Counted from the first letter of the stretch, positions 18,903 to 29,999 are shown. The stretch: DNA of 64,000 nt from Nitrosopumilaceae archaeon (GCA_965207375.1 OZ242274.1:1024001-1088000), one strand, 5' to 3'. Made by a program: numbers and translations. The notes: generated by a model from the letters alone, not told the origin.

Positions 18903-20270
18903 TTATTGCACGTACAGTGCAGCGTTTGATATTACTGTCCTCCATTTTTGTCCGTGTATAGTTATACCTGCAGCCTCTGCAGGCGTCTTGCCTCCAAGAC
19001 TCGAGTGAGGTCGCATGAAATTGTAATAAATATCACATCCTGCAAATATTGGCGAGTTTTTACTTTTAATGCCGCGTCTGGGTCGTTGTATAGCACGTAA
19101 TGTCCCGTTGAATCTTTCCTGGACATTGTTGTTGTTCTTTTTGGAAATTCCTGCATTTGATATGTGTGTGCAATGTTGATGTATCGCGTTTGGTGCAGCA
19201 TACACTGATTCAAATGCTTGTGCATATGAGGGCAGGCCATCGCTTACAAATTCTGTAGGTTTCTTTCCGGCACGGGCTGCTGCAGCTTTGAGTAGGTTTT
19301 CTGCATTGTGTCCGTCCTTGCAGTTTGCAACCTCCCATGCTAGTAAAAATCTGGTATCATAATCAGTCTCTGCAAAAAGATAATTTTGTTTACCTCTTAT
19401 TGAAATGTATTCCTCGTCTGCACAGAATCGATTGCCTGTATTAATTGAAAGTGACATCAGGTATACATACACCATTGTTACAAATTTGATTATCCATCTG
19501 TATATCGTAGATACACACACATACACTCCCTTTTGTGCTAGCGTGTCTTGTATTGCACTAGGTGTATGTCCCTTATAGTAGGCATCAAGTGCATCTAGAA
19601 TCGCCCATGATTCTATTCGTGTGTGTTCCATGCCGCCCCTGTACCCAAAGACACGATTGCAATTTTTGCATTGGTATCGTTGCGTAGTGCCATGTCTACG
19701 CTGTATATGACCATATTTTATGATGTGTTCGTCACCGCAATGCATACAGTGTGATGGAATCTCTATTAGAACTATTTCTGTGGTTTTTTTCTCAGTATTG
19801 TCATCTGCATCTTTGGGCTGTTTGTCCTGGCAAGGCAGCTTAGCTGCATCTTTGGATTGTTCATCAATTATTGTCTCTGCATCCCTGTCTACAGTATCTG
19901 CAATTACTGCTAGGATATGCTTGCATTGAGCCTGTCTGTATTTGTGATCTGGACAGTCACATGACCAGGAATTTTTTTTCTGTATCACGGTATATCTGAT
20001 GTTGTCCTTAGATTGGGACTGTACTGTGTAATGGTTATGCCTGACTTTTTTTATTGCATTTTGTGTTTCTAGTATTTTCAAGGCACGATTTCCGCGTCCT
20101 TGTGCACCCTTGCTCCAAGATACACGTGTACTCATCCATCTAGTAACTCTTGTCATTTTGTCAGTACTGCGCGTAAGCAGTACCGATGTCTTGTTTCGTA
20201 TAGCCTCAAATTTTTCGTGTAGTTTAAATTTTGATCTTGTATATGATTTTTGATATGTTAGTCCCATCAT
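18903..20270 (-). CDS. IS6-type DDE transposase with N-terminal SWIM and zinc-ribbon domains
   Basis: CDCPD..CKH (SWIM), CMHC..YQCKNC, ADE, SDGLPSY, NNVQERFN, YNFMRPHSSLGGKTPA. Confidence 0.9.
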   Translation of the reverse strand: MMGLTYQKSYTRSKFKLHEKFEAIRNKTSVLLTRSTDKMTRVTRWMSTRVSWSKGAQGRGNRALKILETQNAIKKVRHNHYTVQSQSKDNIRYTVIQKKNSWSCDCPDHKYRQAQCKHILAVIADTVDRDAETIIDEQSKDAAKLPCQDKQPKDADDNTEKKTTEIVLIEIPSHCMHCGDEHIIKYGHIQRRHGTTQRYQCKNCNRVFGYRGGMEHTRIESWAILDALDAYYKGHTPSAIQDTLAQKGVYVCVSTIYRWIIKFVTMVYVYLMSLSINTGNRFCADEEYISIRGKQNYLFAETDYDTRFLLAWEVANCKDGHNAENLLKAAAARAGKKPTEFVSDGLPSYAQAFESVYAAPNAIHQHCTHISNAGISKKNNNNVQERFNGTLRAIQRPRRGIKSKNSPIFAGCDIYYNFMRPHSSLGGKTPAEAAGITIHGQKWRTVISNAALYVQ

Positions 20271-21108
20271 TGCGAAATACGATGGGACTACATGTCGTGT
20301 GTATTTGGATCATGTGGGTTAACAAATTTTGAAAAAATGGTTAAATTTTTGATCTCTTTTACCGGTACAAAAGCAAATTATGCTGCAATTGAAGAAATTT
20401 TAGGCACGCGCAATCCGGAGAAAATTTGCATAGTGACTTTGACCAACAATTAACGCTGGAGAATCGTTTAAAGATAATCCAAAAACCGTGCCAATATATC
20501 TGCCCACTGGTTCTCCCCACATGAATGACATAGAGGGTAAGTGGGGTGTTACAAAATCTGAGATAAGTGATATCGTATATCAAAATATTAATGAATTCAA
20601 GGCAGGTCTATACAAGGCACTGCGTCACAATAACTATCCAACAAACATTTACCAAAAATTATTCAAGCGTCTAGATAATGCTGCAGAAGCATGTATCATC
20701 CATGCAAGACACAAACTTGGATCATGCTGATCTGTTTTAGTAACAAGTTACGCACATAACAAAATCGTATCATCTAATTGATATGGATCATTTCATAAAT
20801 TCGATCTGACACTGTACGTCTGTTTGTACTTGATTCTTATACAAAACATGTGATCGGCCAAGATATCCCAATACAATTGTGAATCCACTTTGTATGACTG
20901 AATTTTGTTATTTTATTTACTTGCAAATTAGTGCAGAAAAATAATGCTTTAGCTATATAGTATATGGGGGCATTATTTTAATCTAGTAAGATAAGGTGTC
21001 ACTTTGAAGCGACAGTCTATTTTACTATTTTAGTCAAACACAAACTTGTCATCAGGATTGACAAAATATTGAAAAATGGTCAAGGTCTTTGTAGATCTGT
21101 TGATTGTT

Positions 21109-21453
21109 TTAGGAATTTTTATGCATGAATAGTTCTAGCATGGTTCTTCCCTTGTCTGTAATTGAATAAATTACGTTTACCCCGACAGCCTCTTTTTCAA
21201 TAAAGTTGTAATCCACGCATAGGTGCAGGTAATTAAGAAATGACCTTTTCATTCTGATCTTTGATTTTGAATACAGCTCTGAAAACGTCATAGGTCCACC
21301 CCTTACCTGATACAAGAGTTTTAAGAGAGATAATGTGCTATAATCTCTGGCTCTTGCCTTTACGGCATCTAGGACTTGTTCATCACGCTTTATGATAAAG
21401 TCATCAAATTGATCTGCTACCTCTAATGGTATGTATGTGAGTCTTGCTTTCAT
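21109..21453 (-). CDS. Winged helix-turn-helix transcriptional regulator
   Basis: FSELY...YSITDKGR. Confidence 0.8.
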   Translation of the reverse strand: MKARLTYIPLEVADQFDDFIIKRDEQVLDAVKARARDYSTLSLLKLLYQVRGGPMTFSELYSKSKIRMKRSFLNYLHLCVDYNFIEKEAVGVNVIYSITDKGRTMLELFMHKNS

Positions 21454-21529
21454 ACTGTACAGTACCGTACTTTACCTTATTAACGTTAAGTTGATTTTTG
21501 TTGATCAATATGGTTGAATTTTGTACACC

Positions 21530-21931
21530 TTAATTGTGGAATTCTCTGAGTCCCTTACTTGTGGGGTGCAGTTCCACCTTTTGTCCCAACATTCCCTGCT
21601 TGTGTTCGACCCTGATCATCTGTCTTGATTCTAGATCCTGCAATGCTGCATCTAGCTTTTCAGAGGGCAGACCGGTGTATTTTTGGATACTCTCAAATGT
21701 TTTTGCACCTGCGATCATTTGTCCTAATATCATCATGTCGTTGCTTTGTAGTTTTGTCGATTTTGTAGGTTCTTGTGTATTTTGGACATTCCAGTGTCGT
21801 GTTGTCTCCTCTGAATACTCTTGCTGAATGGGTTGCCTCTCTCTTATCTTACGTATTATTCTAGGCAGTATTCTGACTAGAGGAATTGTAAGAAATATGA
21901 TGATGTACAACCATACAAATTCATTTGCCAA
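21530..21931 (-). CDS. Membrane-anchored winged-helix protein
   Basis: N-terminal TM; LQDLESRQMI...TSKG. Confidence 0.75.
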   Translation of the reverse strand: MANEFVWLYIIIFLTIPLVRILPRIIRKIRERQPIQQEYSEETTRHWNVQNTQEPTKSTKLQSNDMMILGQMIAGAKTFESIQKYTGLPSEKLDAALQDLESRQMIRVEHKQGMLGQKVELHPTSKGLREFHN

Positions 21932-22081
21932 TTGTATGTGTTAATCCTAGAGTTGCATAAACCTATTGTTTAGAGTCCTTTAATCAGATAACACTCTTTA
22001 TGTTTGGTCTAGTTTAACTAAAACATCGATGTGCAAGCGATCATCGCTTAATATAATAACAGGAAAAAACGCGTAATTTTA

Positions 22082-22945
22082 TTGTCAAAGTACCAGTCTC
22101 CGAAAATGAATGTTAACATGGGAGCAGCCAAGGGCGCTGCAATTGGAATTCTTGTCTTAATTATTATAGGTGTAGTAGCATACTCGTCTGTGCAAATTGT
22201 GGATGCAGGACACCGTGGCGTATTACTGCACTGGAATGCAGTCGATACTAGTGTCCCACCACTTGATGAGGGACTGCATTTTGTCACTCCCTTTGCAGAT
22301 TCTGTAGTTAATATGGAGATTAGAACCCTAAAGTATGTCAAATCCACATCCTCTGCATCAAAGGATCTTCAGACCGTATCTACTGCAGTTACCGTAAACT
22401 ATCAACCTTCTCCTGAATCTGTGCATCATCTGTACAAAAATGTAGGACTTGACTATGAAAACAGGATCATTCAACCTGCAGTAGAGGAGGTAGTAAAGCA
22501 GGTCACTGCAAACTATAACGCCGAAGAGCTCATTACAAAACGACCTCTGGTAAAAGCAGACATTGAGCGCGAAATCACAATGCGTCTTAATGATTTTAAC
22601 ATTTTAACTGAGGTAATCTCAATTACCGATTTTCAGTTTTCTCCACTGTTTGCTGCAGCAATTGAGGCAAAGGTAGAGGCAGAACAAAAGGCACTAAAGG
22701 CAGAAAATGATCTTCAACGAATCGAGGTAGAAGCACGACAAAATGAACAACAGGCAAAGGGAATCGCTGCTGCAAACATTGCAGAAGCCTCAGGTGAGGC
22801 AGAGGCAATTCGCATAATCAATGACGCATTGGCACAAAATCCAAATTATCTGGAATGGCTCAAGACACAAGCATGGGATGGCAAGCTGCCTCTAGTTGTA
22901 GGTGAAGGTGGAACTCCATTTATCCAGATTCCTACAACTCCATAA
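22082..22945 (+). CDS. Prohibitin/SPFH family protein
   Basis: TM, GHRGV, SKDLQ, AIEAKVEAEQ, WDGKLP. Confidence 0.92.
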   Translation: MSKYQSPKMNVNMGAAKGAAIGILVLIIIGVVAYSSVQIVDAGHRGVLLHWNAVDTSVPPLDEGLHFVTPFADSVVNMEIRTLKYVKSTSSASKDLQTVSTAVTVNYQPSPESVHHLYKNVGLDYENRIIQPAVEEVVKQVTANYNAEELITKRPLVKADIEREITMRLNDFNILTEVISITDFQFSPLFAAAIEAKVEAEQKALKAENDLQRIEVEARQNEQQAKGIAAANIAEASGEAEAIRIINDALAQNPNYLEWLKTQAWDGKLPLVVGEGGTPFIQIPTTP

Positions 22946-22957
22946 TCAATTGGATTT

Positions 22958-23293
22958 TTAATCCTCTCTTATAGCATCATACATTGCTAGAAACTCGTCT
23001 GGGTCTGTCTGTCTGTATTGTTTTTCTAGATTTCTGATCTCCTTTTCTGAGAGTGACTCTCCCTTTTTCTTGTAAAACTCTTGTACAATCTCAAACGGTG
23101 TTTTTCGTATATTGTATTTTTTCAAAGTCTTATTTACAGAACTTTTGCACATGGCATCAAAAAAGGCGTATCTGTATACAAGATATCCTCCTAGTCCTAA
23201 TATTGCCACGATTACAATTGGAATTATGATAGCAGAGGCCATGATTATGTACGGATTTTTTAATATTTCATTGCTATTTGTTATTTTCGTCAA
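22958..23293 (-). CDS. Hypothetical membrane protein
   Basis: Single TM segment, 111 aa. Confidence 0.7.
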   Translation of the reverse strand: MTKITNSNEILKNPYIIMASAIIIPIVIVAILGLGGYLVYRYAFFDAMCKSSVNKTLKKYNIRKTPFEIVQEFYKKKGESLSEKEIRNLEKQYRQTDPDEFLAMYDAIRED

Positions 23294-23386
23294 TCCTGCC
23301 CGTATTTTATGCCTAGACCAGTCAAAAATTAGCTCTTATTGTTACAATGGTAAAAGAAGAGTAAAACGTCCACTTTAAACTAAACC

Positions 23387-24343
23387 TTGTTTGAAAATTA
23401 TCTCATGGAGCTTGCCATTAATGTACTTTTGACAGTTGTAGGCCTAGCCATGCTGTGCTTTGGAGGCAATTGGCTTGTGGGCGGCGGAGTAAACATCGCA
23501 AAGCGGTTGGGCATTGGCAATATGATAATCGGAATGACCGTAGTTGCATATGGGACCTCCACTCCTGAACTAGCAGCTAGTATGGCTGCAGCAGGTCAGC
23601 ATTCGCAGATTATTCTGGGAAACGTTGTTGGAAGCAACATTGCAAATGTGGGAATGGTCATTGGCATGTCTGCAATTCTGACCCCCTTACTTGTCAACCG
23701 AACCGGTATCAAAAAGGAGCTACTTGTCATGCTTGGTGCATCTGTACTGTTGATTGCATTATCTATTGATGGTGAAATTTCCCAATATGACGGCATATTG
23801 CTGATATTGCTTTTGATAGCGTTTACTGCTCTTATGTACCGCTCAATTAAAAAACAAAAAAACTATAATGAAAACAAGACAGATTCTTACTCTAAAAGAT
23901 TTTATCTAAAATCCTTTGGACTGTTGGGAATTGGAATTGCATTTTTGTATGTAGGCTCTGAGCTAACAGTTGATAATGCAGTAAAGATTGCCCAGTCATT
24001 TAACATATCAGAAAAAATCATCGGCATAACAATTATTGCAATAGGTACGTCACTACCTGAGCTTATCACATCTGTAATTGCAATACGAAAGGGTCACACC
24101 GACATTGGAATAGGCAACATCATCGGAAGCAACATTTACAACATTTTGATGATAATGGGTGTTGCATCAACACTTGCAGGTATTATGATAATTGATGCAA
24201 TTTATCTAGATTATATAATTATGATTGCATTTAGTCTGGCACTGTTTGCTGTACTAAAAACCGGCGTGGTTTCGCGTAAAATCGGAGCCGGACTAGCCAT
24301 AGCATATCTCACTTATCTGATAATGTCTTTTTTGTATCTATAA
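23387..24343 (+). CDS. Ca2+/Na+ antiporter (YrbG family)
   Basis: Two GTSxPE...GSN alpha repeats. Confidence 0.93.
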   Translation: MFENYLMELAINVLLTVVGLAMLCFGGNWLVGGGVNIAKRLGIGNMIIGMTVVAYGTSTPELAASMAAAGQHSQIILGNVVGSNIANVGMVIGMSAILTPLLVNRTGIKKELLVMLGASVLLIALSIDGEISQYDGILLILLLIAFTALMYRSIKKQKNYNENKTDSYSKRFYLKSFGLLGIGIAFLYVGSELTVDNAVKIAQSFNISEKIIGITIIAIGTSLPELITSVIAIRKGHTDIGIGNIIGSNIYNILMIMGVASTLAGIMIIDAIYLDYIIMIAFSLALFAVLKTGVVSRKIGAGLAIAYLTYLIMSFLYL

Positions 24344-24344
24344 T

Positions 24345-25688
24345 TTAGATTGAATTTACCATGATATCATCAAACCGTACCGTTGGCACAATTGAGGGCA
24401 ATGAATCCCACTGTTGCACATTTTTTACGTCATCTGCAATGTCTACAGTATCTTGCAACAGTTTTTTTAAATTGTGGATTATTCTTATCGGTCTTCCTGC
24501 TGCCTTAATTTTGCCATTTTCAATTATCTGAATTCCGCTTCTTGCAGTACATGAAAAATCCCCGCATATTGGGTTTAGTGCATATGTGTACCATAGTCTT
24601 CCGATTCTAATTCCCTTTTTTACATCTTTGAGTATATCCTCTTTTTTGCATGTGCTTTTCTCGATTCTGATATTGTGTGGTGCACAAATCGGATTTGGAT
24701 CCGCACTTGTTCCCATGGGTGAGCCTAGCCTGCTTGCATTTCCTGTAGGTGTAGAGTCAAACCTGTATGCATCATGAAGATTTGTGTACATATCTCTGAA
24801 GATGCCGTTTTCAATAAGAGCAAGTTTTTTGGTTGGAACTCCCTCGTCATCGATGCTCTTGGAACCAATGCCCTCTGCAACAAAGGGGTCATCAGTAATT
24901 GTAAGTATGTCTGATGCAATTTTCTTGTTTTGCTTTTCAGAAAAGCAGCTTTTTCTCTCCTCACATGTCTGTAGATTAAAGTTTGCAGCAAATACAAATG
25001 CTAGAATCTCCCCAACCGAATAAGGCTCAAAAATTATCGAATATCTGCCTGACTCTGTTTTTATCGGATTTTGAGATTCTAGGCACATGTTTTTTGCATC
25101 CTGGCCTATTTTTTGGGCGTCAAATGAATCAAGTGTCCTGCAACAGCTGTGTCCCATTCCTGACACCGTGCCTGAATCTGCGTTGATTATACCTGAAATG
25201 TATGAATTTTCATCCCTAAATTCTAGCCCGCTGCTGTTTGCAATTTCAAATGTTTCAGACACTATGTTCAACGAGCCTGTAACTGTAGAAATTTTTGCAT
25301 CTAGTGACTCGTTTATCATTGACTGTGCAATGTCTGCAGCACATCTTCCAGAAATATTTCTTAATTTGACATCAAATGTACTCTCCACCTTGGCCCTTGA
25401 TGCCTGATGCGGAAACTGCTTCCAAAATTCTTTTGGCTTTAGGTATTTTGTTATACTGGTACTGTCTTGCAGACATTTTGATATTTTATCTGGCTGTGTT
25501 TTTACAGAAAATATCTTTTTATCCTGAACTAGTCTGGCAGAGATTCCCTGATCAAAGATTTCTTTGATCTCTGCAATTTCAGAGTCAGTTATTCTGATGG
25601 TGGTGATCTTCTTTTTTGAATAAACTGCCTCTGCCTCTGATATGCCTAGTCCTTTTGCAGTGTGTAAGATGTCTTGACAGTACGACAA
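24345..25688 (-). CDS. TldD/PmbA family protein (PmbA/TldE-like)
   Basis: DDEGVP, LIENG, TGNA, GDFS. Confidence 0.9.
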   Translation of the reverse strand: MSYCQDILHTAKGLGISEAEAVYSKKKITTIRITDSEIAEIKEIFDQGISARLVQDKKIFSVKTQPDKISKCLQDSTSITKYLKPKEFWKQFPHQASRAKVESTFDVKLRNISGRCAADIAQSMINESLDAKISTVTGSLNIVSETFEIANSSGLEFRDENSYISGIINADSGTVSGMGHSCCRTLDSFDAQKIGQDAKNMCLESQNPIKTESGRYSIIFEPYSVGEILAFVFAANFNLQTCEERKSCFSEKQNKKIASDILTITDDPFVAEGIGSKSIDDEGVPTKKLALIENGIFRDMYTNLHDAYRFDSTPTGNASRLGSPMGTSADPNPICAPHNIRIEKSTCKKEDILKDVKKGIRIGRLWYTYALNPICGDFSCTARSGIQIIENGKIKAAGRPIRIIHNLKKLLQDTVDIADDVKNVQQWDSLPSIVPTVRFDDIMVNSI

Positions 25689-26945
25689 TTACTGTTTTCT
25701 GGGATTTTTGTATCTGTATTTGTCAATCTTTATCAAATCAAAATAAGAGCCAAACCGTCTTTTGTCTACCGTATCTAGTAATTCGTCTGTATCTTCGTCT
25801 TTGAACTCTTTTAGAATTTGATATTTCGTACTTCTTTGTGCAGGCACTCTTCCTATCTCTCTTACTGTCTGTCTGATTTCTTTTGGACGTAAAAGCTGCC
25901 CGTGTCCTGACCCTGCCGACGTTGAAATGCTCTCGTTGATTAGGGTGCCTCCAAAGTCGTTTGCCCCCCACATTAGCAGCAACTGTGCCATTTTCTGACC
26001 CTCCTTTACCCATGACATCTGAATATTGTCAATTTGATTGTTTAGCATTATTCTAGAAACTGCATGCGTCAGCAAAACATCTTTTGCACTGCTACCTTTT
26101 CTGATGTTTTCATGCATCTGATGCTTGTACATGGGAGCCTCTGCATGCACAAAGTTTAGAGGAACAAATTCTGTAAATCCTCCAGTCTCTTTTTGTATCT
26201 CTCTAATTTTTGCAATATGTTTTACTCTGTCCTCTGCAGTCTCTATGTGTCCAAACATCATTGTGGATGTGGTGTTTATGCCGATTTTGTGTGCAGTTTT
26301 TATTATATTCGTCCAGTCCTTTACGCTGATTCTTCCAGGCGAAATTTTATCCCTTATTTTATGATCAAGGATTTCTGCTGCTGTTCCAGGCAAAGTGTCT
26401 ACGCCTGCCTCCTTTAATCTGAGCAGATACTCTTTGATTGATACCTGTGATCTTGCAGCCCCGTACAGTATCTCCTCTGGTGAAAATCCGTGAATGTGAA
26501 TATCTGGAATTTCGTTTTTTATGGCCTTGCAAATGTCCTCATACAGGCCCGCATCCATGTCAGGCGGCAATCCTGCCTGTATGCAAACCTCGGTGGCACC
26601 TAAATCGTATGCCTCTTTTGCCCGCCTTACTACCTCCTTAGTTGGCAGAAAGTACCCTTGCTCTTCTCTAAAATCCCTGCTAAATGCACAAAATCCGCAC
26701 TGTTTGATACATACATTGGTAAAGTTGATATTTCGATTTATTACGTATGTCACGCAGTTTCCAACCCTTCTTCTTCTTAGTTCGTCTGCTACTAGTCCTA
26801 CTAGATGAAAATCACGTCCATTTACATTGTATAACTCTAGGCCCTCTTGCGGGGTTATCTCCTTTTCATCTAGGGCACGATTTAGTATGTGTGAAATTAT
26901 AGCATCTGTATTTTTAAGCAATGATTCAAGGTTATTTGCCTGCAT
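25689..26945 (-). CDS. cofH: FO synthase subunit CofH (radical SAM)
   Basis: NRNINFTNVCIKQCGFCAF, PGTAAEIL, GANDFGGTL; adjacent to cofG. Confidence 0.95.
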   Translation of the reverse strand: MQANNLESLLKNTDAIISHILNRALDEKEITPQEGLELYNVNGRDFHLVGLVADELRRRRVGNCVTYVINRNINFTNVCIKQCGFCAFSRDFREEQGYFLPTKEVVRRAKEAYDLGATEVCIQAGLPPDMDAGLYEDICKAIKNEIPDIHIHGFSPEEILYGAARSQVSIKEYLLRLKEAGVDTLPGTAAEILDHKIRDKISPGRISVKDWTNIIKTAHKIGINTTSTMMFGHIETAEDRVKHIAKIREIQKETGGFTEFVPLNFVHAEAPMYKHQMHENIRKGSSAKDVLLTHAVSRIMLNNQIDNIQMSWVKEGQKMAQLLLMWGANDFGGTLINESISTSAGSGHGQLLRPKEIRQTVREIGRVPAQRSTKYQILKEFKDEDTDELLDTVDKRRFGSYFDLIKIDKYRYKNPRKQ

Positions 26946-26947
26946 TT

Positions 26948-28120
26948 TTACCTCCAGTATTTTTCTCTGACATAATTTTGCTCATCTGAAATTTCTTCTA
27001 ATCTGTTCCTTAAATCCTCATCGACCCATGTAAAGTATTCAGGATACACCGGAAATCTGCATTTTAGGTTAAATCCTGCCTTTTTACATCTAGTCTCCAC
27101 CTTGTCGATTTGGGGCCAGGCAAACTCGGGGTTTACAAAATCTGGTGTTAGCGGAGATATACCTCCCCAGTCATTGATTCCTGTTTGAAGAAAACTCTGG
27201 TATGATACAGGCGACAGATTTGGAGGAATTTGTATATTCATGTGTGGCATGACTAGTCGTGTTATTGCAACTATGATCTTAAAATAATTCTCGTTTGCAG
27301 ACGGGTATTTGCTCATTGCAGTGTCTGGTTTTGGTTGAAAGTTTTGTAAAATAACTTCTTGAATGTTTTGATACTTGTCATGCAGATTCTTTATTGTTAC
27401 AATAGAGTCTATGGTTTCTTTGGGAGTTTCTCCTATGCCAATTAGCAGGCCCGTAGTCATTGGAATTGCCAGTCGTCCAGAGTTTTCTAAAACCTCCAGT
27501 CTTGTCTTTGGTTTTTTGCTTGCTGCTAAATAATGAGGCATATCCTTTTTGGTCAGTCTGTCACTTGCATTTTCTAGCATCAGACCCATGCTGACATTTG
27601 TTTTTTTGAGCTGAATCAGCTCATCTGTTGACAGGTTGCCTGCATTTGTGTGCGGGAACAGGCCTTTTTCTAGTGCCATCTCTGAGCAATGAGTTATGTA
27701 TTCTACAGTACTTGAGAATCCGTTTTCTTTTAGCCATCTTCTTGCCTCAGAATATCTGTCTTCGGGTCTTTCTCCTGTGACAAACAATGCTTCTACACAG
27801 TGATATTTTTTTGCCATATTGAGCAATTCTGAAACGCTGCGTTTTGACATTAGTGATAGTTTTTTTTCTCCAGGCTCTGCCTTGTATGTGCAGTATGAAC
27901 ACGAATCTTTGCACAAATTTATCAAATTAAAAAATGCTTTTTTTGAGAATGTGACAATTTTTTTTTTATTTTTTTTGCGTAGTTTCTGTGATACTTTGAA
28001 CAGCTCTGTTGGATTTTTTTGCGCCTCTTGAAAAATCGTATACCATGTGTCTGGTGATGTGCCTTTACCATCTAATACTTGATTCAAAGATTCTGAATTT
28101 AGAATCAGCTCACTCAACAT
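26948..28120 (-). CDS. cofG: FO synthase subunit CofG (radical SAM)
   Basis: CKDSCSYC, PHTNAG, GINDWGGISPLTPDFVNPE. Confidence 0.95.
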   Translation of the reverse strand: MLSELILNSESLNQVLDGKGTSPDTWYTIFQEAQKNPTELFKVSQKLRKKNKKKIVTFSKKAFFNLINLCKDSCSYCTYKAEPGEKKLSLMSKRSVSELLNMAKKYHCVEALFVTGERPEDRYSEARRWLKENGFSSTVEYITHCSEMALEKGLFPHTNAGNLSTDELIQLKKTNVSMGLMLENASDRLTKKDMPHYLAASKKPKTRLEVLENSGRLAIPMTTGLLIGIGETPKETIDSIVTIKNLHDKYQNIQEVILQNFQPKPDTAMSKYPSANENYFKIIVAITRLVMPHMNIQIPPNLSPVSYQSFLQTGINDWGGISPLTPDFVNPEFAWPQIDKVETRCKKAGFNLKCRFPVYPEYFTWVDEDLRNRLEEISDEQNYVREKYWR

Positions 28121-28153
28121 GAATCATGTCAAAATCAAGTATTTATTCTTGTA

Positions 28154-29278
28154 TCACGCATCGGGCCGCTCTTCTAAAACTATGGCAAAACTACTAGTCT
28201 GTCCATTGCGGAGTATCTCAAGCAGCATCTCATCACCTACTGTCTTTTCTCTTTGTAAATGAATCAATATGTCGTCTATTTTTCTTACCTCATTGCCATC
28301 GACTGCAAAAACAATATCTCCACCTATATGATATGTCTCTCCGTCTTTATCGATTGTCTCTGTTGCACCTTGAAGTCCTGCTCTAGCTGCTGGACTATCT
28401 TCTAAGACTGATATGATCAAAAATCCTCTTGTATCATTTAGATTTAAAACATCTGCATAATCGGGGCCAATGTCTACGCCTCTTACCCCCAACCATGGGT
28501 GCTTGTACTCTCCATTTGAAATTAAAACCGGAATTATTTTTTGTACCGTATTTGAGGGTACTGCAAATCCGACACCTGTAAACTCTCCTGTAGCTGATTG
28601 TATTGCAGTATTGATTCCTACCACCTCACCTCTCATGTTGATTAGGGGACCTCCAGAGTTTCCTGGATTAATGGCAGCATCTGTCTGTATTATGTCCGGT
28701 ATTGAGAATCCTGAGGCTTGAGGTAGCAATCTGCCCATCTGGCTTACAATTCCTGAGGTCATTGAACCTGAGAGTCCAAACGGATTTCCAATGGCTGCAA
28801 TTGATTCTCCAATTTTTAGTTTTGAGGAATCTCCTATAGCTAATGGGTGCAAAGTCGATCTTGTTGCATCTACTTTGATCACTGCTAAATCTGTGTCTTC
28901 ATCGGCTCCAATCAATTTTGCATTGTATGAGCGCCCATCCAAAAATGTAACGACGATTTTTTCTGCGTTACTTACAACATGTGCGTTAGTAATTATGTGC
29001 CCCTTGATATCATATACAAACCCTGACCCTAGTCCGGTTCCTGTGGTGTCTGTTGCTCCCTTTTTGACATTTATCTGAATTACTCCCGGCTCTGATCTTT
29101 CAAAAATCTGCACTAGTGACAGTTTGTCAAATTCTAAATTTTGTGCATTTGCAATAATGTCATCATTTTCTGTGATCTCTTGCTTTATGTCAAGTGGCGG
29201 AATCAATAGTATTGTAAAAGCAACTATTGCAATTGATGCTCCAAAAATTCCTCCTAAAACAAGACCTGATTTCTCCAA
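28154..29278 (-). CDS. HtrA/DegP-like serine protease with PDZ domain
   Basis: TNAHVV, DLAV, GNSGGPL. Confidence 0.93.
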   Translation of the reverse strand: MEKSGLVLGGIFGASIAIVAFTILLIPPLDIKQEITENDDIIANAQNLEFDKLSLVQIFERSEPGVIQINVKKGATDTTGTGLGSGFVYDIKGHIITNAHVVSNAEKIVVTFLDGRSYNAKLIGADEDTDLAVIKVDATRSTLHPLAIGDSSKLKIGESIAAIGNPFGLSGSMTSGIVSQMGRLLPQASGFSIPDIIQTDAAINPGNSGGPLINMRGEVVGINTAIQSATGEFTGVGFAVPSNTVQKIIPVLISNGEYKHPWLGVRGVDIGPDYADVLNLNDTRGFLIISVLEDSPAARAGLQGATETIDKDGETYHIGGDIVFAVDGNEVRKIDDILIHLQREKTVGDEMLLEILRNGQTSSFAIVLEERPDA

Positions 29279-29477
29279 TGGTTCGTAGAGTAAAATTTTC
29301 TTTAAAAAGCATTTCTATACCTAGTTTTATTGGTTATAGAGACCTAATCTGAATTTTCTTTGTAAGGTGAGGTAATTTGATCAAGTGCAATCCACCTGTT
29401 CTTACCATTCTGTTTTTCATTCTTTTTTAAAACTATTATGTATAGACATCAAATCTAATACCTAGTTTAATTGTTTT

Positions 29478-29999
29478 TTATTTGATCCATGCTGTACCAA
29501 AATAATACCCTGCCAAGATGGTTCCAGCTGACCAAACAAATGATCCTCCAAAAGTATACAAAATAAATTTTGGAATTTTCATACCTAATAATCCTGCAGG
29601 AATTGAAATCATCTCTCTTATGACTGGTATTATACGTCCCAAAAACACTGCCCGGTCTCCGTATTTTTTAAACCATTTTTCCACCATGTCTAACTTCTTT
29701 TCAGATATTTTTAGAAAACCTAGATAGCGCAACATTACATTTCTACCAAGTTTTAGTGCTATTAGATAAATCACCGTTGTGCCAACAGTTGCACCAAGGG
29801 CTCCTAGAATTATCATGGGAATTACCTCAATTATTGAAAATCCTTTTTGTGATGCTACAAATCCTGCAGTAGGAAATACTGCAAGTGTTGGAATCGGTGG
29901 AACTATAGTCTCAAGCAGGGCTGCCAAAAAAACTCCGGCATACAGGTATTCTCCCAAAATTTCACTAATCCATGAAATTGCCGAATCAAAGGGTTCCAA
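29478..29999 (-). CDS. DedA family membrane protein
   Basis: LETIVPPIP, GRIIPVIR, PAG. Confidence 0.9.
   Translation of the reverse strand: MEPFDSAISWISEILGEYLYAGVFLAALLETIVPPIPTLAVFPTAGFVASQKGFSIIEVIPMIILGALGATVGTTVIYLIALKLGRNVMLRYLGFLKISEKKLDMVEKWFKKYGDRAVFLGRIIPVIREMISIPAGLLGMKIPKFILYTFGGSFVWSAGTILAGYYFGTAWIK

Larger units (their letters stand above)
18682..20465 (-). mobile_element. IS6-like element with ~65-bp imperfect TIRs
   Basis: 8-bp TSD GTTTAAAG at 18674-18681 and 20466-20473; ends GATTCT...TGTTGGTCAAAGTCA.TATGCAAATTTTCTCCG..TTGC.CGTGCCTA. Confidence 0.95.
17895..20730 (+). pseudogene. IS630 transposase pseudogene
   Basis: LDEAS, DKASYH, PHMNDIE; premature TGA at 18591 (CGA in the 34.5-kb copy); split by 18682-20465. 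Confidence 0.9.
17817..20955 (+). mobile_element. IS630-family element, inactivated and interrupted by IS6-like element
   Basis: TIR TAGCTAAAGCATTATTTTT(A/C)TGCAC; TA duplication at 17815-16 and 20956-57. Confidence 0.95.
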
